The notes beneath the pieces were generated by a model. That model did no database searches. It worked only from the letters and a program-made list of their open reading frames with translations, and was not told the DNA's origin. A stretch of 64,000 nt of DNA, taken from contig CM052820.1 of assembly GCA_028534125.1 (NCBI GenBank), positions 17,670,001-17,734,000 of the forward strand. Reading direction: 5' to 3'. Source of the stretch: Lama glama (taxonomy: Eukaryota). Shown in pieces: positions 34,994-48,422 of the stretch. Position numbers and translations under genes: made by a program. The stretch's first letter is position 1; the number at the start of each line of letters is the position of its first letter.

Positions 34994-35941
34994 AACCCAT
35001 GTAACTTTTAAATTCTACTTTGCAACATATATGTGCCATTTGAATACAAGAAGAGTATTTTCCATACGTGCCAGTAAGTGAAATTGCTGTTATAGGGAGA
35101 CCTAGACTCTTCCTCCAGTGGCTTTTGGTACCTCCTGGCATATTGCTATGTCCTCCTAAAGTGCTCCTCAGTTTGAAAGTATAAGAAGTGTAGAGAAGTA
35201 GGCTGTGGCTCTATCTAGGGAGTTTGAAGGTTTTGCTAAATTTTTGAATTTTATTCTGTAGACACTGAGGAGCCAATGAAGCATTTCAAGAAAGAAAGTG
35301 ACCTGATCAGTTTTGTGGCTTAGAGGAGTGCCTCTGAACTTCTTTGATTGTCATCTGTAGTAAGAAATACATTTTACATGGCAATTCGTATGCAGCTTAT
35401 GCATTATCTACGTGTATTATATATATGTGATTGTATATACATATATAAGAAATAAAAATTTGATGAAACTTTACCTACCCTTATATTTTCCATTCCATTT
35501 CCAATCTATTTCATCTAGAAAAAGTTAATGCAATTCACTGAATTGGTTGCACAATCTCTAATGGATTGCACCTCAGGTAACAACAGAATTTATGTGCTTC
35601 ATTCATATTTCAAATGGAACAGAGCTGTACTCATTAAGAAACATTTTAATGCTTCTTCCTGGAGGGTTAGGAGATATTACTGAGAAGGAAAAGGAGAGGA
35701 GTTTCTCAGACCCCATTACCACCATTTCACTGGGTCCAGATTCTCTCTGCTCCCCTCAGTACCATCCATTCTCTTGCAGCCTGCCCACTTCACTCTTGGG
35801 ATAATTTATTTCAAACAGAACCTTCTCCAATCATCATCCTTGACTCAGGAAGTGGGAGAGGGTAATCTCTGTCTTGAACCTTAACCCTGCCTCAGATAGG
35901 AAACACTTGAGGGCAAAATGTAGCATATAACGCAGACCATG

Positions 35942-36304
35942 TGTATGAGTTCGTGAAGGCCGCCATAACAAAGCATCGGACAGGAGGCTCAAACAACAGA
36001 AACGGATTTTCTCACAGTTCTGGAGGCTGCAAATGTAAGATCAGGACGTCAACAGGATTGGTTTCTTCTGAGGCCTCTCTCCTTGGCTTGTAGATGGCCA
36101 ATTTCACATGAGCTTCCTTCGGTTTGTGTCTGTGTCCTAATCTCTTCTTCTAGGGAGGCCAGTCAGATTGAATTAGGGCCGACCCGTAAGAACTCATTTT
36201 CACTTAGTCACCTCTTCAAAGGCCCTACCTCCAAATACAGTCACATTTTGAGGGTTTAGAACTTCAACATATACATTTGGGGGAAAGAGATGAAAATTCA
36301 GCCC
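35942..36304 (-). mobile_element. MaLR LTR (MLT1B/C-like)
   Basis: ggccgccataacaaag..ctcacagttctggaggctg..aaaggccctacctccaaatacagtcacatt..attcagccc. Confidence 0.85.
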
Positions 36305-36675
36305 TGTAAAAAAATTAATAAACAGAAACCTCAATTAAATAGTCAGGAGACCAGAAGGGGGAGCTCTGATGCCCTATGATGACAGCAGAGTCCAACAGAA
36401 GAAGGACTCCCTCTTCTTTCCTGGTAAGAGCCCAGCCAGTGAGAGACGGTCACAACTCAGCCAATGAAATGCCACGGACTCTTTGTTTACTATAGTGCCC
36501 CCCAACTTCTTTCCCCTCTGTAAAAGAGCTCTCCTCTCCATTTTTGTGGGGCACTTGGACATGGCTCACTGTGGTTGCAGACTCTGAATTGCAATTCTTT
36601 GTTCATCTCAAATAAATCTATTTTTCCTAGAGAAATAGTATTTCTCTAGTTAGCAGTCTGTGTTTTAGGTTAACA
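36305..36675 (+). mobile_element. Solo ERV1 LTR inserted into the extreme end of the MLT1 element
   Basis: TGTAA...TTAACA ends, CCAAT (cagccaatgaaa), AATAAA at 36611-36616, and an imperfect 4-bp TSD gccc/gtcc. Confidence 0.75.
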
Positions 36676-38208
36676 GTCCATATCACCATATTTTTTTTTC
36701 TTAAATCAAATACAGCCATTTGTATATTCTACAAAATAAATGCCAAAATACTAGCATTACAAATCATATCACTCCTATTCACATAATATAATGAGTTCAG
36801 TTACTTAGTTGTTTTGTGGATAGATAGAGTGTTCATTTTAGTAGCCCCCTAGGAGAGAGTCTTGAAGACTAACTAAATTTTTTTTTAAATAAGAGGGTCT
36901 TAGTTTTTATTTTACTGTGAACTTACTGCTGCCCAGCTGTTTCATCTTGCTCTTGACTAGAAAACTTTTGCATGAGAAGCTGATTTTAAAATGGTAATGA
37001 AAGGATTTTCAGTAAAAGAGAAGAGAAAGACAAGAAATCTTTGGTTTGGGATTCTCTGAGCTGACTGAAAAGAGAAAATCCAAACAGCCCTTTCTCTCTT
37101 TGGGAAGTTTAAGAAACAAGCCTAGCAGATCTGAATTAGCTCAAAGGAAAACCACAGGCTAAGACCAGTATAAGTGGGACACGGACTCCTCAGCTAAGCT
37201 CTGGCCTGATAAGGCCACTTGCCAGCCAGGAAGCTCATCTGGTTACAGAATGGACTGGGTGTTTCCCGTCCCCTCCAGCTGCCCAGAGATGTACACTGAA
37301 GCACCACCGTGGGGCTCTCTCTGGTCTGCATCCAGCCCTGCCAGTCCACGCACCTCACCTCTTGCCTCTTATCTCTCCGTGGAGCCTCGAACATTCCCCA
37401 GCTTCTGCCTCTGAGTTTCCCACTTTACATTTATTCCAGGAGGCTGCTGTGGGCGGGGGCCAGTGTCCTAGTACCCAATCCGAATTTGCTGATTGACTGA
37501 TTGATTGATTCATCAAACTTTATAGACCCCTCTCCACCCTCCCTATTCCTTGGCCAAGTCCTTTTCAGCTCTCTGAGTCTGTAATCCATTCTATAAAAGT
37601 GGTTGTTCATCAAGATGATCTCTATGACTCCTCTTCACCCTAATGTTATGAGCCTAAGCTTCAGTTTCAGACTTTAGTGTATATTTTTAAAATAATCCCA
37701 TGTATATTTACAAAAGAACCTTAATATAGAAAGTGCCTTTGCCTAACAGCTAGGGAAAGAAAAGTACCCCTTTCTTCCTAGGGTTTTAAGCTCATTTTGG
37801 ATGGAAAATTCAAGCTCACCTCCACCATGAGTCTTACTCTTGTTCCTCTGTTCTGCTTGGGCCACTCTTGTTTATGGAAGCAACTCTGAGGTCACTGCTA
37901 ACACTACAAATAAGCTGAAACATTCTCCTTCAATGACATTGGCAGGTTTACCACCAATGATCAGGCTAAATAACCCATATATAATTCTGAACAACATAAA
38001 CTTAAAAATTCCAAATGACCATCTGTAAGATGGCATTGTCAGCACTGCTTTGCTTTTTAAAATCAGAATTGCTAATGAATTGTTTTCTAATGCTCTTTTG
38101 GACCAGCGTACGGATATTTTCCTAAGACATTCACAATTGCAAAATGGCTTTGTACTGTTTTCTCTGCTCACCCACTCATCACCCACACATACCTGACCTC
38201 CTACTCCT

Positions 38209-38219
38209 TGCTGACTCAT
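38209..38219 (-). promoter_or_regulatory. Perfect NF-E2/NRF2/BACH1-sMAF (ARE/AP-1) motif ATGAGTCAGCA
   Basis: Plus strand tgctgactcat. Motif match only. Confidence 0.35.
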
Positions 38220-40402
38220 GGGACCGGCCTCCTCCCACACACTCACTCAGTGACCGGCCCCTACTATCTCCCCTCTCCTTTGTTCTCTCCCAAATCCACC
38301 CACTCAGCTGCTTCACGCACGCAGGTGGGCATGTTTATATACCCACTGCTCAGCAGCCAAAGCACAAAGCATACTGGCTTAAGAGGGGAAGAGAATAATT
38401 TTTCCAATGACCATTATGGTTTTTTTTTTATTTTGTTTTGTTTTGATTAACAAGCTCTATCCACACATGAGTAGTTGATAGACAGATCTTTTATACTTAA
38501 ATCATTTTTTCAAAACTCCCTCATACATAATTGGATTTTCTATTTTGAAAAACTACCAAAATATATGTGCACTTTGAGTGCTGTAATTTTTTTTCAGTGA
38601 CAACAGATGCCCTTATCTTTTGCTCAGATTGAAACGCTTTACTCATATTTTGAAGTGAATGGGTGTACCAATGAGACAATGGCTCATTGGGATGGTTATT
38701 CGAAATGACAGTATCTGAGCTACAGCTGGAGTCAACAGGCAGCCCCAACAAGATTAATTAGCTGTAAATTATGCCAGAGCAATTCCAGAGCCAACACCAG
38801 AAACAAGGGTCTGCCCACTCATCAAAGTCCTGCCAAGACTTCTCCTTGGGGAGGCAGGCCCCAGGGAGGCAGGGAGGCCAGTCTTTGCTTCTTGTGGGTA
38901 TTTCTAAGGCCGCCAGAAAGGCCTTCCCCAAATCACCCTCACTCCAATGTTGCTATGCCTAAAATTCCAGCATTAGAGAGTCATTCCTTCTCAGTATTCA
39001 ACATATGAAGAATGAGAAAGATATTGCTGGAGTTCCTTCCCATTTGTGATAACTATTTTTATCTTTTCAAGGAGTACAGATTATATGCCACATGGCTTGA
39101 ACAGAATCTATCCTGCAGTATTATGAATCGACTCTTTAACAGGAAATATGGGCATAACGGTGGCTTTAGGAGTGCACGATTGAATTTGTGCTGGTATTTT
39201 TTTGTTTTTCTTTGTTGTTTGACTTTCTCAATATTATAATTGATGTGCACTCCTCAAAGGAAGGCTGGGGCCATTTCTCCATCTCATTTCTCTCTCTGAG
39301 GTATAGCACCACGTCTAACATGTAGTGGCACTCAGTCCAAGACTGGAAAATTGCTACCCATCCCTGGTAATTTCTCTTGTCAGCACTACACCTTAGAGCC
39401 AGTTTTATTCTACTTTTTATCCACCAGTATTTTACTCTTTATTTTGACTATAACTACTCTTTCCTTTAAATTTTCACAATGCTGGCTCCACTTGCTGATG
39501 CATTTATCACTTTCTCTCTTGTATCACATTTAATCTTAGAGTTCTTCGTGGCTTGTAAGAACTTTTTAAGTTAGATCTCTATATGATTTAACTTTATATC
39601 CTCACACAAAGCAAAGAGCCTTACACACACACACACAAAAATCCTCACATAGAATGATGCAAGCAAAGTATCAAAAGTAAGAAACAAATGCCTTCGCGCC
39701 CATTCCACAGCTACCGTGGTGACATGACTGCCACCAAGTCTCTAGTTGTGAGCTTCCAGCTAACGACAGTTGAATGAATGTAGGCATATATCTCCTCTCA
39801 GTAGAGACCAGAAGAGGGGTTATGAATGGATGTGATATTTCAATCAATGTTTGGTGGGAAGAGAATAGAGGAAAGTTAACTGGCCCAATGGGAGGGGAAT
39901 TCCCAATCTAAAGTGTGTGCAGTGGGGGATACTGAAGATAAGCAAGGTATTTCACCTTGAAGAACCTGAAGGAGGCCCAGGACTCAGGGTCCCCAGATTT
40001 GGCAGAAGGTGATGGTAAGGAGTAGGGTGTAAAGCAAAAGTTGAAAGCTTATATACGGAACAGTCAACTATTTTTATACCCCTAGGCACAGAAAATCAGC
40101 AGCCAAGCTACTCCTCCTTGGAGGAGGAGGAAAAGGGAAATTTATTTCCTGGAGACTCTGTAGGAAAGGCCTGGGTATAAGAGGAGTCAGGTCTGTAGAA
40201 GACATGGATAAGGCATGGGGATGTAAACAGCAAAATGAATTGGAAGTCTGCACTGGGAGTGGCTGGGTCATTTGTGCCCTCTCTACTGCCACACAAGTTG
40301 ATCAGGAAACTAACCCTAGGCCAGGCTTTTTCAAGCTGTGGGTTATGATATCAGTTATGATTAGTGGATTATGAAATCAGTTGAAAGGGTCATAATGAAC
40401 AT

Positions 40403-41140
40403 TGTCATGGGTTGGGTTCCTCAGGAAGCAGATTCTGAGAGAGAGCTGAGGGTTCAGAATGTTCATTAGGGCATGCCTTTGGGATCAAAACCTGGAGAAG
40501 GAAACAGAACTGGACACAGGAGGAAGCAGAACTGTGGTTCAAGGCTGAAGGATGCTTTAGCCAAGCCCATGGGGAATTACTGAAGCTAGAAAGGCTCTTC
40601 AGAGTTATCCCAAGTCAGGCCAAGGTGGCCAGGCCTATATCCCCTTTATCCTTTATTTGGAGATGAGGTCTTTTAAGAGGGGATTAAGTTAAAAGGGTAA
40701 TGTCCTTATCTGATGTGACTGGCGTCCTTAGAAGAAGAGGAAGAACCACCAGGGGCGTGCATGCACAGAGAAGAGGCCATGGGAGGACACAGCGAGAAGG
40801 TGGCCATCTGCAAGCCAGGGAAAGAGGCCTCCGGAGAGAACAAACTGCTGACATCTTACTTGGCCTTCTTGCCCCTAGAGCTGCAAGGAAATAAATTTCT
40901 GTTGTTTAAGTCACCCAGTCTGCAGTATTTTGTTATGGCAGCCCTGAAAAATTTATCCATCCCCCTTCACTGGATGTGACCATCCCAGGAAGTGTGACCT
41001 TGGGCATGTCCCCTCCTGAGGGGAGGCAATCCCGGGAGGGGCTGCCGGCTGGAGACTGCCCACCAGTGGCACTCAGCAACGAGGCCACCAGGCTTTCTCT
41101 GCAGAGGATGTGACTGGTACATCACAAGGTCTGTTGCAAA
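40403..41140. mobile_element. ERVL LTR (LTR33/LTR16-like, minus) split by a nested MLT1A/B LTR (plus, about 40640-40952)
   Basis: tgtcatgggttgggttcctcaggaagcagattctgaga start; nested ..gaaggtggccatctgcaagcc..aataaatttctgttgtttaagtcacccagtc..ttatggcagccctg; the outer element resumes at cccccttcactggatgtgacc. Confidence 0.75.
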
Positions 41141-41224
41141 CATTAAAGAAAATAGAATCAATAGATTAAAGTATCAGAGAGACTTACATGTAAAAAAATT
41201 ACTGTTTCATGAAACTTTTTTGCA

Positions 41225-41263
41225 TATATATACATATGCATATATATATATGTGTGTGTGTGT
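41225..41263. repeat. Compound (TA)n(TG)n microsatellite; other STRs are (AAAC)n at ~10293-10317, (GATT)n at ~37491-37510, (CA)n at ~39621-39636, (TTTG)n at ~49972-49990, (TA)n at ~57563-57580 and (TG)n at ~62517-62560
   Basis: Read directly from the sequence. Confidence 0.9.
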
Positions 41264-41459
41264 GGACTGGACATGATGAAAAATAATTTCTTCCTGACTT
41301 TTAAATATTTAAAAGTCACTTCCCTAGGCAAGATATTAGAGAAATGTTTTCTGAGAAAAGCTAAACAGACCCAGAGAAGAAACAGTGTTTTCTCCATCAT
41401 CCAAAAGTGAACCCATGATCTGATAAACCCCATCCATACACACAGAGTTCCTCATCGGC

Positions 41460-43100
41460 TTTTTAGCACCCTGTTCTTAAATATAAACTGACAAAAAACA
41501 GACCGTCAGGTATATAGGAAACTCTAACCTAAAATAGAGGACTCAATATGATAAACAGAATATAGAATACAAAGGAAACTATAGAGAAGAGGAAAAATAC
41601 TGTTTCTATGCTAATTTATAGCCTCAAAAATTATAAGAAGATTTGAATATATAAAAAAAGGCAGGATGCTATGATAAAAAGAATGTTAAGGAAAAACAAG
41701 AGTGGGCTCCTGAAAATTAAGAATACAATGATAATAATAATAAAAAAAAAACTTCAGTAGAAGGATTGGAAGATAAAACCAAGGAAATCTGCAGAAAATA
41801 GAACCAAAAGATGAGTCAATGAACAATAAGAAAGAAAACATATGAGATTTAGAGGCCCAATCCAGTAGGCATAATATCCGACCAGAAGAAATTCTAAAAA
41901 GAAAAGAAATGGAGGAAAAATTATCCAAGAAAAGTTACCAGAACAGGATGGCATAAGTCACAAAATTGAAAATGTCCATCAAGTACTCAGCACACCAAAT
42001 ATAAAAGGGTACGTCTTTGAAAAACAAGTGTCAGACCAACCACTGGGAATAATGAAAGAATCTCAAAAACTTCCAGAGAAAGAAAAACAAATGATTCTCA
42101 TACTAAAAAGTAGGAATCAGAATGCATCAGACTTTGCAACCACAATATTGGACTAAAAAAAAAATGGAGCAATACCTTAAGAATTATGAAAGATAATTTT
42201 TTTAAGCCTCAAATACCAGACACAGCCAAACTATCAATAAAATGTGAGGACAGAATAAAAATATTTCAGACATAGAAGAATTCAGAATGTTTACCTCTTA
42301 TGTGTCTTTTTTAGGAAGCTACTGCAGGATATGATCTAGAAAAACAAGGGGGGAAACAGGAAAGAGAAAGACATCAGATCCAAGAAATAGGAGTTCCATC
42401 ACATTTGGATAGAAAGGGAATCCATGTGATCACTGCAAAGGGGATTTGAGCGCAGCAGCTCTGCAAGAAGCCTAGAGAATACAAGTTCAAACTGATGCAA
42501 CAGGACACAGGGCTCCAGGAAGGTCTGCAAGAGAATTAAGAAATTTATAGAATGCTTCATGAATTTGAATGTACTGAGAGAGTTGAATTTCTGGAAGAGA
42601 ATAGGGAATTAATTTTTTGATGGGTATATAGAAAAGCAAGCACATAAATAAGATGAGATGATCATCAATTCCAGAAAAAACAAATTTGTACCAAGAAAGA
42701 TAATATAATCATAGTACATTACATGTCTCAGCCTTAAATAATACTTACGTTATCTTAGTTATGTAAAAACTGAACAGTGACCTGAGAAAAACATCATGGT
42801 ATAACTATATTGGGAGAATAAGAGGAGGGTATAAGAGAATAAATCCATATCTTCCATAGAAGAGAGTCATAGATATTATTATCTAAAACTTTGAAAAGTC
42901 AAGAATAGCATTAGAAATGTGAAGATAAGTACCAGAAAAAACAGCTGAAAGTTGAGTGTGGTTGATTCTGGGAATGAAATTAGAACCAAAACTTGCAGGT
43001 TGTGCAGGAAAAGGGGATGCTCTTTTTCTTTCTGACTTTGAAGAGAGATTTGGCTTTTAAAACTCTGTGCATTTATAACTTAGGTGAAACAGTTTTAAAG
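41460..43100 (+). mobile_element. Ancient HAL1/L1M ORF1-like remnant
   Basis: A-rich decayed ORF1 text (..gatttagaggcccaatccagtaggcataatatcc..aggaatcagaatgcatcagactttgcaacc..). Confidence 0.65.
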
Positions 43101-43114
43101 AGAAAAATAATAAT

Positions 43115-43337
43115 ATGGGCATATTATTTTTGAGATATGGAGGCAACCATCTTAAATGCTGTAGGGAGTCCTGGGGATGTAATGAACACACAGGGAATAC
43201 AGTCAATAAAATTTTAGCAACTTTGGGGAAGGATGGTAACCAGACTTATTGTGGTGATTACTTCACAATGTGTAAAAATACCAAATCACTAACAGAATAG
43301 TGTATGTTAAGTACAACTTAATATAAAAAAAAAAAAG
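43115..43337 (+). mobile_element. L1MA/L1MB 3' end with poly(A)
   Basis: gatggtaaccagacttattgtggtgattacttcacaatgtgtaaaaatacc..aatataaaaaaaaaaaa. Confidence 0.8.
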
Positions 43338-44158
43338 CTAAAGGGAGATGACTGGGGGAGGGGCAGGCAGAACAGGAGTCCATCTTCACTGGAAGCACTA
43401 TTAAACCTTTTGATTTTGTAGGCTTATGATGACATTACACTGAAGAATATTCTTAAATAAAAAATTAAAACAATTAATTTTCAGGAATGGATGCAGGCAT
43501 GTAGACACTTAGGATGGGTTCTGAATTTTAGCTCTGCTGCTTGCGGGTTCCTAGCATTTAAAATCTTAACATCTTTCTTATAAAGGGCAAGGAGTTCATG
43601 AGGAAACACATTTGGAAGCTTCTGGTGGATTGAAAATAATCAATAAAAGTTTCCTTCTTTCCTCTTACAAATAAAACAGGTTGGGAAGCATTGCCTTAAA
43701 CAGGTGGCATAAAATTCCATTATAAGGACGGGTAGCCATTTAGATAAAGTCTTTTTCAGTGCTTCCTTATTAAATTTATAAGAGTAGCTAAATTTTCACG
43801 CCTCTAAGTGATCTTTTGATGTCTCCCAAATCTGAATGGAAATTGTTACATTAGATTTACGTATGACTTTGGATTGTTAAGTTCAGCTACAAGGAACTTA
43901 ATAGGGACCCCAAGATAGCTGTTTAAACAATGAGATTACTCATTCCCATAAAAAGAATTCCAGAGAAACTAGCCTAAAGCTAACAAGGTGGCTTCGTAAT
44001 CATCAAAATCCTGTTGCTTTATTGCTAAGGTGTGAATCTCAGCTCAGGGAGTGCAAGCCAGCACGTCCACCCAACAAGAGCAGGATGGAGGAGAAGGGTG
44101 TGCCCTTTCCCTTTCAGGAAGACTTCCCAGAAGTCACTATCCTGTCTCCATTTAGGTC

Positions 44159-44658
44159 NNNNNNNNNNNNNNNNNNNNNNNNNNNNNNNNNNNNNNNNNN
44201 NNNNNNNNNNNNNNNNNNNNNNNNNNNNNNNNNNNNNNNNNNNNNNNNNNNNNNNNNNNNNNNNNNNNNNNNNNNNNNNNNNNNNNNNNNNNNNNNNNNN
44301 NNNNNNNNNNNNNNNNNNNNNNNNNNNNNNNNNNNNNNNNNNNNNNNNNNNNNNNNNNNNNNNNNNNNNNNNNNNNNNNNNNNNNNNNNNNNNNNNNNNN
44401 NNNNNNNNNNNNNNNNNNNNNNNNNNNNNNNNNNNNNNNNNNNNNNNNNNNNNNNNNNNNNNNNNNNNNNNNNNNNNNNNNNNNNNNNNNNNNNNNNNNN
44501 NNNNNNNNNNNNNNNNNNNNNNNNNNNNNNNNNNNNNNNNNNNNNNNNNNNNNNNNNNNNNNNNNNNNNNNNNNNNNNNNNNNNNNNNNNNNNNNNNNNN
44601 NNNNNNNNNNNNNNNNNNNNNNNNNNNNNNNNNNNNNNNNNNNNNNNNNNNNNNNNNN
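44159..44658. other. Assembly gap (500 N)
   Basis: N run. Confidence 1.
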
Positions 44659-44765
44659 ATACTGCTAGAAAAGCTGGCATAAGCATTAATGAAGACCAAT
44701 TAGCAAACTTATTATTTGAAGTCTTGATTATATATTTGCATTGGACTTAATAATTCGTGATTAAG

Positions 44766-45010
44766 GCAGTGTAGTCAGGGGATAAAAACCCAGATTCCGA
44801 AGCAGACTGCTTGCCTTCCATTTATTATTCGTGTGACCTTAAGAAAACTGCTTAAGGGCTCTGTGCCTTAGTTTTCTTTTTCGTAAGGTGGAGATAAAAA
44901 TAATGGGACCTATCTAATAGGATTTTGGAGGATCAAATGAGTTAATACATGTAATGTACTTAGAATATTGTCTGGCATATAGTAAGTGCTCAATAAATGT
45001 TAGCTATTAA
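44766..45010 (+). mobile_element. Near full-length MIR SINE
   Basis: gtgtgaccttaagaaaactgcttaagggctctgtgccttagtttt..ggcatatagtaagtgctcaataaatgttagcta. Confidence 0.9.
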
Positions 45011-45799
45011 TATGTCTTTTACTTGAATTAAAAGCTTTTCCTTTAAAATCATAGGTATCTGTGACAATCTGATTCTCGCTTAAGAATTTCCAGATATGCA
45101 GTATTTTCCTGGTGTTGCATTTGTAGATAACTTAACAATACTAATCCCCAGAGTCAAACCCTAGGGCTTTACTTGAGCTAATAAATGTGATAGCCCACGG
45201 TAGCATTATGAGAGGAATGGAGTTGGGCACTGGGAAAACTGAACAGTAACTGGCGTGTCTCTTTTTCTCTCCCTTTCTCCCACCTCCTGTTTTAATAGAC
45301 TTACTGATGATGTCATTGCCTCTCCTCTCCCTGCCACAGACAGTCTCCTGTTGCCCCAGGGCTGTTCAGATTGTTGGTACCTCCACCCCCACTCGGCAGC
45401 AAGCCTTGCTCATCTGTAGTCCTTCCCAGTCATGTTCTCTAATAACTTCTGATGGTTCAAAATTATAAATTGCCTAGATCGGGGCAAAAACGTCATTTAT
45501 ATGTGTTTCTCTATCATTTTTGGGGGGGGTTTCCTCAAACATCTCTACAAATAGGAGAGGATTTATTTTTCTTTTAAAAAGCAATATTTAAGTAAAAGTT
45601 TGAGTATTAATTGCAGTAAAACTATAGCTAAGACACTTTCCTCACCTTTTAGAAATAATTAAAAAATTATATTTAAGGAAGTTTTAGAAAAGATAAGGAA
45701 TTCATATTTCCATTAACGTGTGGTTTCATCTTTGGACCTAAAGCAACTGCTTGGGTTGCCTCCATTTCCTTTTAGAGGGAGAGGGTAAATAAAGGTGGA

Positions 45800-46030
45800 G
45801 AACATGTGCCTTATCACACTTCCGGGCAAAACTGGGACACACATTCCTTCTGTTCATATTCTGTTGGTAAGAACCTAGTCACAAGGCAATACCTAGATTC
45901 AAGGGAGGCTGGGAAATGAGCTCCATAGCTGGGCATCCCTGTGACCAGCTAAAGCTGAGGTGGGGTTTCTGTTACCAAAAGGAGGAAGGAGGGAACAAAT
46001 GTGGAGTGTGTTAGCAGTCTTTGCCACACA
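45800..46030 (-). mobile_element. MLT1J-like MaLR LTR fragment (a related fragment lies at about 43870-44158)
   Basis: catattctgttggtaagaacctagtcacaaggcaatacctagattcaagggaggctgggaaatg. Confidence 0.7.
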
Positions 46031-46694
46031 AACATGTCACATAGTTGCAATACAGTAAAAGCAAGTTTATTTGCTTTTTACTTAACATTTATCAAAAGCT
46101 TTTTTTTAATGTTACTACCTGGTCTTCATAATTATAAAGCAATAGCTTTATAATAATCAACGTGTGTATAATCAACAAATTCTTTGACTCTTTCTATTGT
46201 TGAAAATGGACATCCTTTTCAGTTCTTCACAATGTCACAAGAGATCTTTCCGTGAGTACAATGTTTTAAATCTTCTTGGGATGATTCCCTTAGAATAAAT
46301 TCCCAGAAATAGGATTACTAGGTCAAAGGGTGTGTGAGTAGTTTGTGATTCTTAATGTTTTTGTTCTAAATTGGTTTCTGAGAAGGTAGTACCAATTTGT
46401 TCCCAAAGGAAATATGTCCATTTTTTTAATGAATGTGGGGAGGAAGACATATTCACATATCCTTGTCAGTAGAATATTTTCAGTTTTCAGGGTCTGGCTG
46501 GAATGATCAGGAAACATAAGACTTGGGGTTGAATCTCTTATTCTGACACTTCCTATATATATATTCCTGTAAGGAAGAAGTTACTCTCCTTGTGTAAGAT
46601 CCCTTACTTTAAAACTGAGGATAAACATAGTTCCCTCATAAGGCTGTGTGGTCATTTTAAAGCTGTTGACAAATATGCTGTTTTATCATCTTCT

Positions 46695-47045
46695 ATGCAC
46701 AAGTTAAAAATACAATTTCCTGCTCTTTTGAAGCTAGATATGGCCAAGTGACTTGCGTTAGTCAGTGAACTAGAAGCAAAAGTGACATGTATCATCTCCA
46801 GGCATACATTTTAAGAATCTGTGTGTTGTTTGCCACATTCTTTTCCTCCTTTGCCATGTGATCAGAAGTCTTTCAGATCATTCCAGCTCTTTAAATGAGT
46901 CCTCGAGTGAGGATGGCACAGAGCGAAGCCCCAAGCCAACCTGTGATGGATATGTGAATTGAGGAAGAAATAAATCTTTTTCTTTTTAGGACACTGAGAC
47001 TTTGAAATTGTCTATTATTGCAGCATAATCTAGCCTATCCTGCCA
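46695..47045 (+). mobile_element. MLT1I/J/K-like MaLR LTR
   Basis: gaagctagatatggccaagtgacttg..gagaagaaataaatc-like tail..gcagcataatctagcctatcctg. Confidence 0.75.
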
Positions 47046-47714
47046 GTTTTCTCAGGATTAATCAAACAATATGCATAAGATGTTGAACTAATGCTAGAGC
47101 CTCAATATACATCCTTTATGATAATGATTACTACCATTCATTCAATGCCCACTATATGCCAGGCATTTTTATACATTATCCGTAATTTTCAGAACCTTGC
47201 ATACTATAAAAGTCTTCATTTATAAAGGAGAAAACAAAGCCAGAATGGTTAGTATTCTGCCTAATACCATCCAGCTAGGAAGCTGCAGAGCAGGGATTCA
47301 AACCTGGTGTATTTCTTTCCATCTTTATCTTTTTTCATTGTCTTTGGAAGTTTATGGCATTTACTTTCATTATTTACATCACTGTGTGAATCTTTTTACA
47401 TTTGTTTTGTGAACTTCCTGCAAAACCCCCCTCTATTTTCTTAAACTTGTTGCAAGATAAACAGATTTGAATCAAAGGTACAGCCGCTTGCTATTCAAGC
47501 CTCTGCTTGTTCTCCTGAAGAAACCACATGAACTCAAGTACCTGTTACATTTTTCTTGGCTTGAAAATATCTGAGAGCAATTAAGATTTATATGCGTTTG
47601 AAAGGGAGAAAAAAAAGATTTCAAAACTGGAGTGGAATGAGTCAGATTAGAATGAGTTAGATTAGATTAAGTAAATTCTCAAACCAAACACTTACTGACA
47701 CTGTGTGTCTCTCT

Positions 47715-47930
47715 GTCTTTTAACAACTTTAGTAAGATACAATTCAACCATCTAAAATTACAATTCAATGGCTTTTAGTATCATCACAGAGTTGTGTATC
47801 CATTGCCCCAATCAACTTTAGAATATCTTCGTTACCTCAAAAAGAGATACCACACCCCTCAGCCATCATGAGAACCTCACCCCCTAGCCCCAGGCAAAAC
47901 TGCTAATTTACTTTCTGGATTCTGTCTCTT
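47715..47930 (-). mobile_element. L1MB-type 3' end fragment
   Basis: ctaaaattacaattcaatggcttttagtatcatcacagagttgtgtatccattgccccaatcaactttagaat. Confidence 0.8.
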
Positions 47931-48422
47931 TCCTGTGTCTCCCAGAATGTCAGTTTCCCTCCATCCCCAACAAATTATTCTCCACCCTCCCTCCACTTCT
48001 GCCCCAATCCCAATTCTGCAAAGCTTCATTCAGTTATTTTTAATTCAAAGCCTAAATTCTACAGTATCTAGTGTAAGAAACAAGTTTCTTTTCTTCAAAA
48101 AATTTTTTTTACTTTACTAAAAATTTAGAATTTCCTTGCTATGTATTACTAAAGGTTTAAAAATACACATGATTTTTTTTTTAAAGCTCTCATCTGTTCA
48201 TGAGCTGATTATCCAGTTTGTAGGGCTTTCAAAACTTTTTCTTCTCTTTTATTGTTCTCTTATAAGCCATTTCACAAGTTGTTAGTACCTCTAACTCATT
48301 GTAAAAATGAGTTTAATATAACTTCAAATAGATGAGATAATTAAAATTGCTCTCTTATGAATCTGTTATTTTTAAAGTGTTGGTTAGGAGAAGACAGAAA
48401 TTGAAAGTAATGGTTAAAAAGA

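Noticed and set aside
40746-40757. CTCF-like ccaccaggggcg
   Set aside because: One G short of the core spacing and located inside an MLT1 LTR. Weak match.
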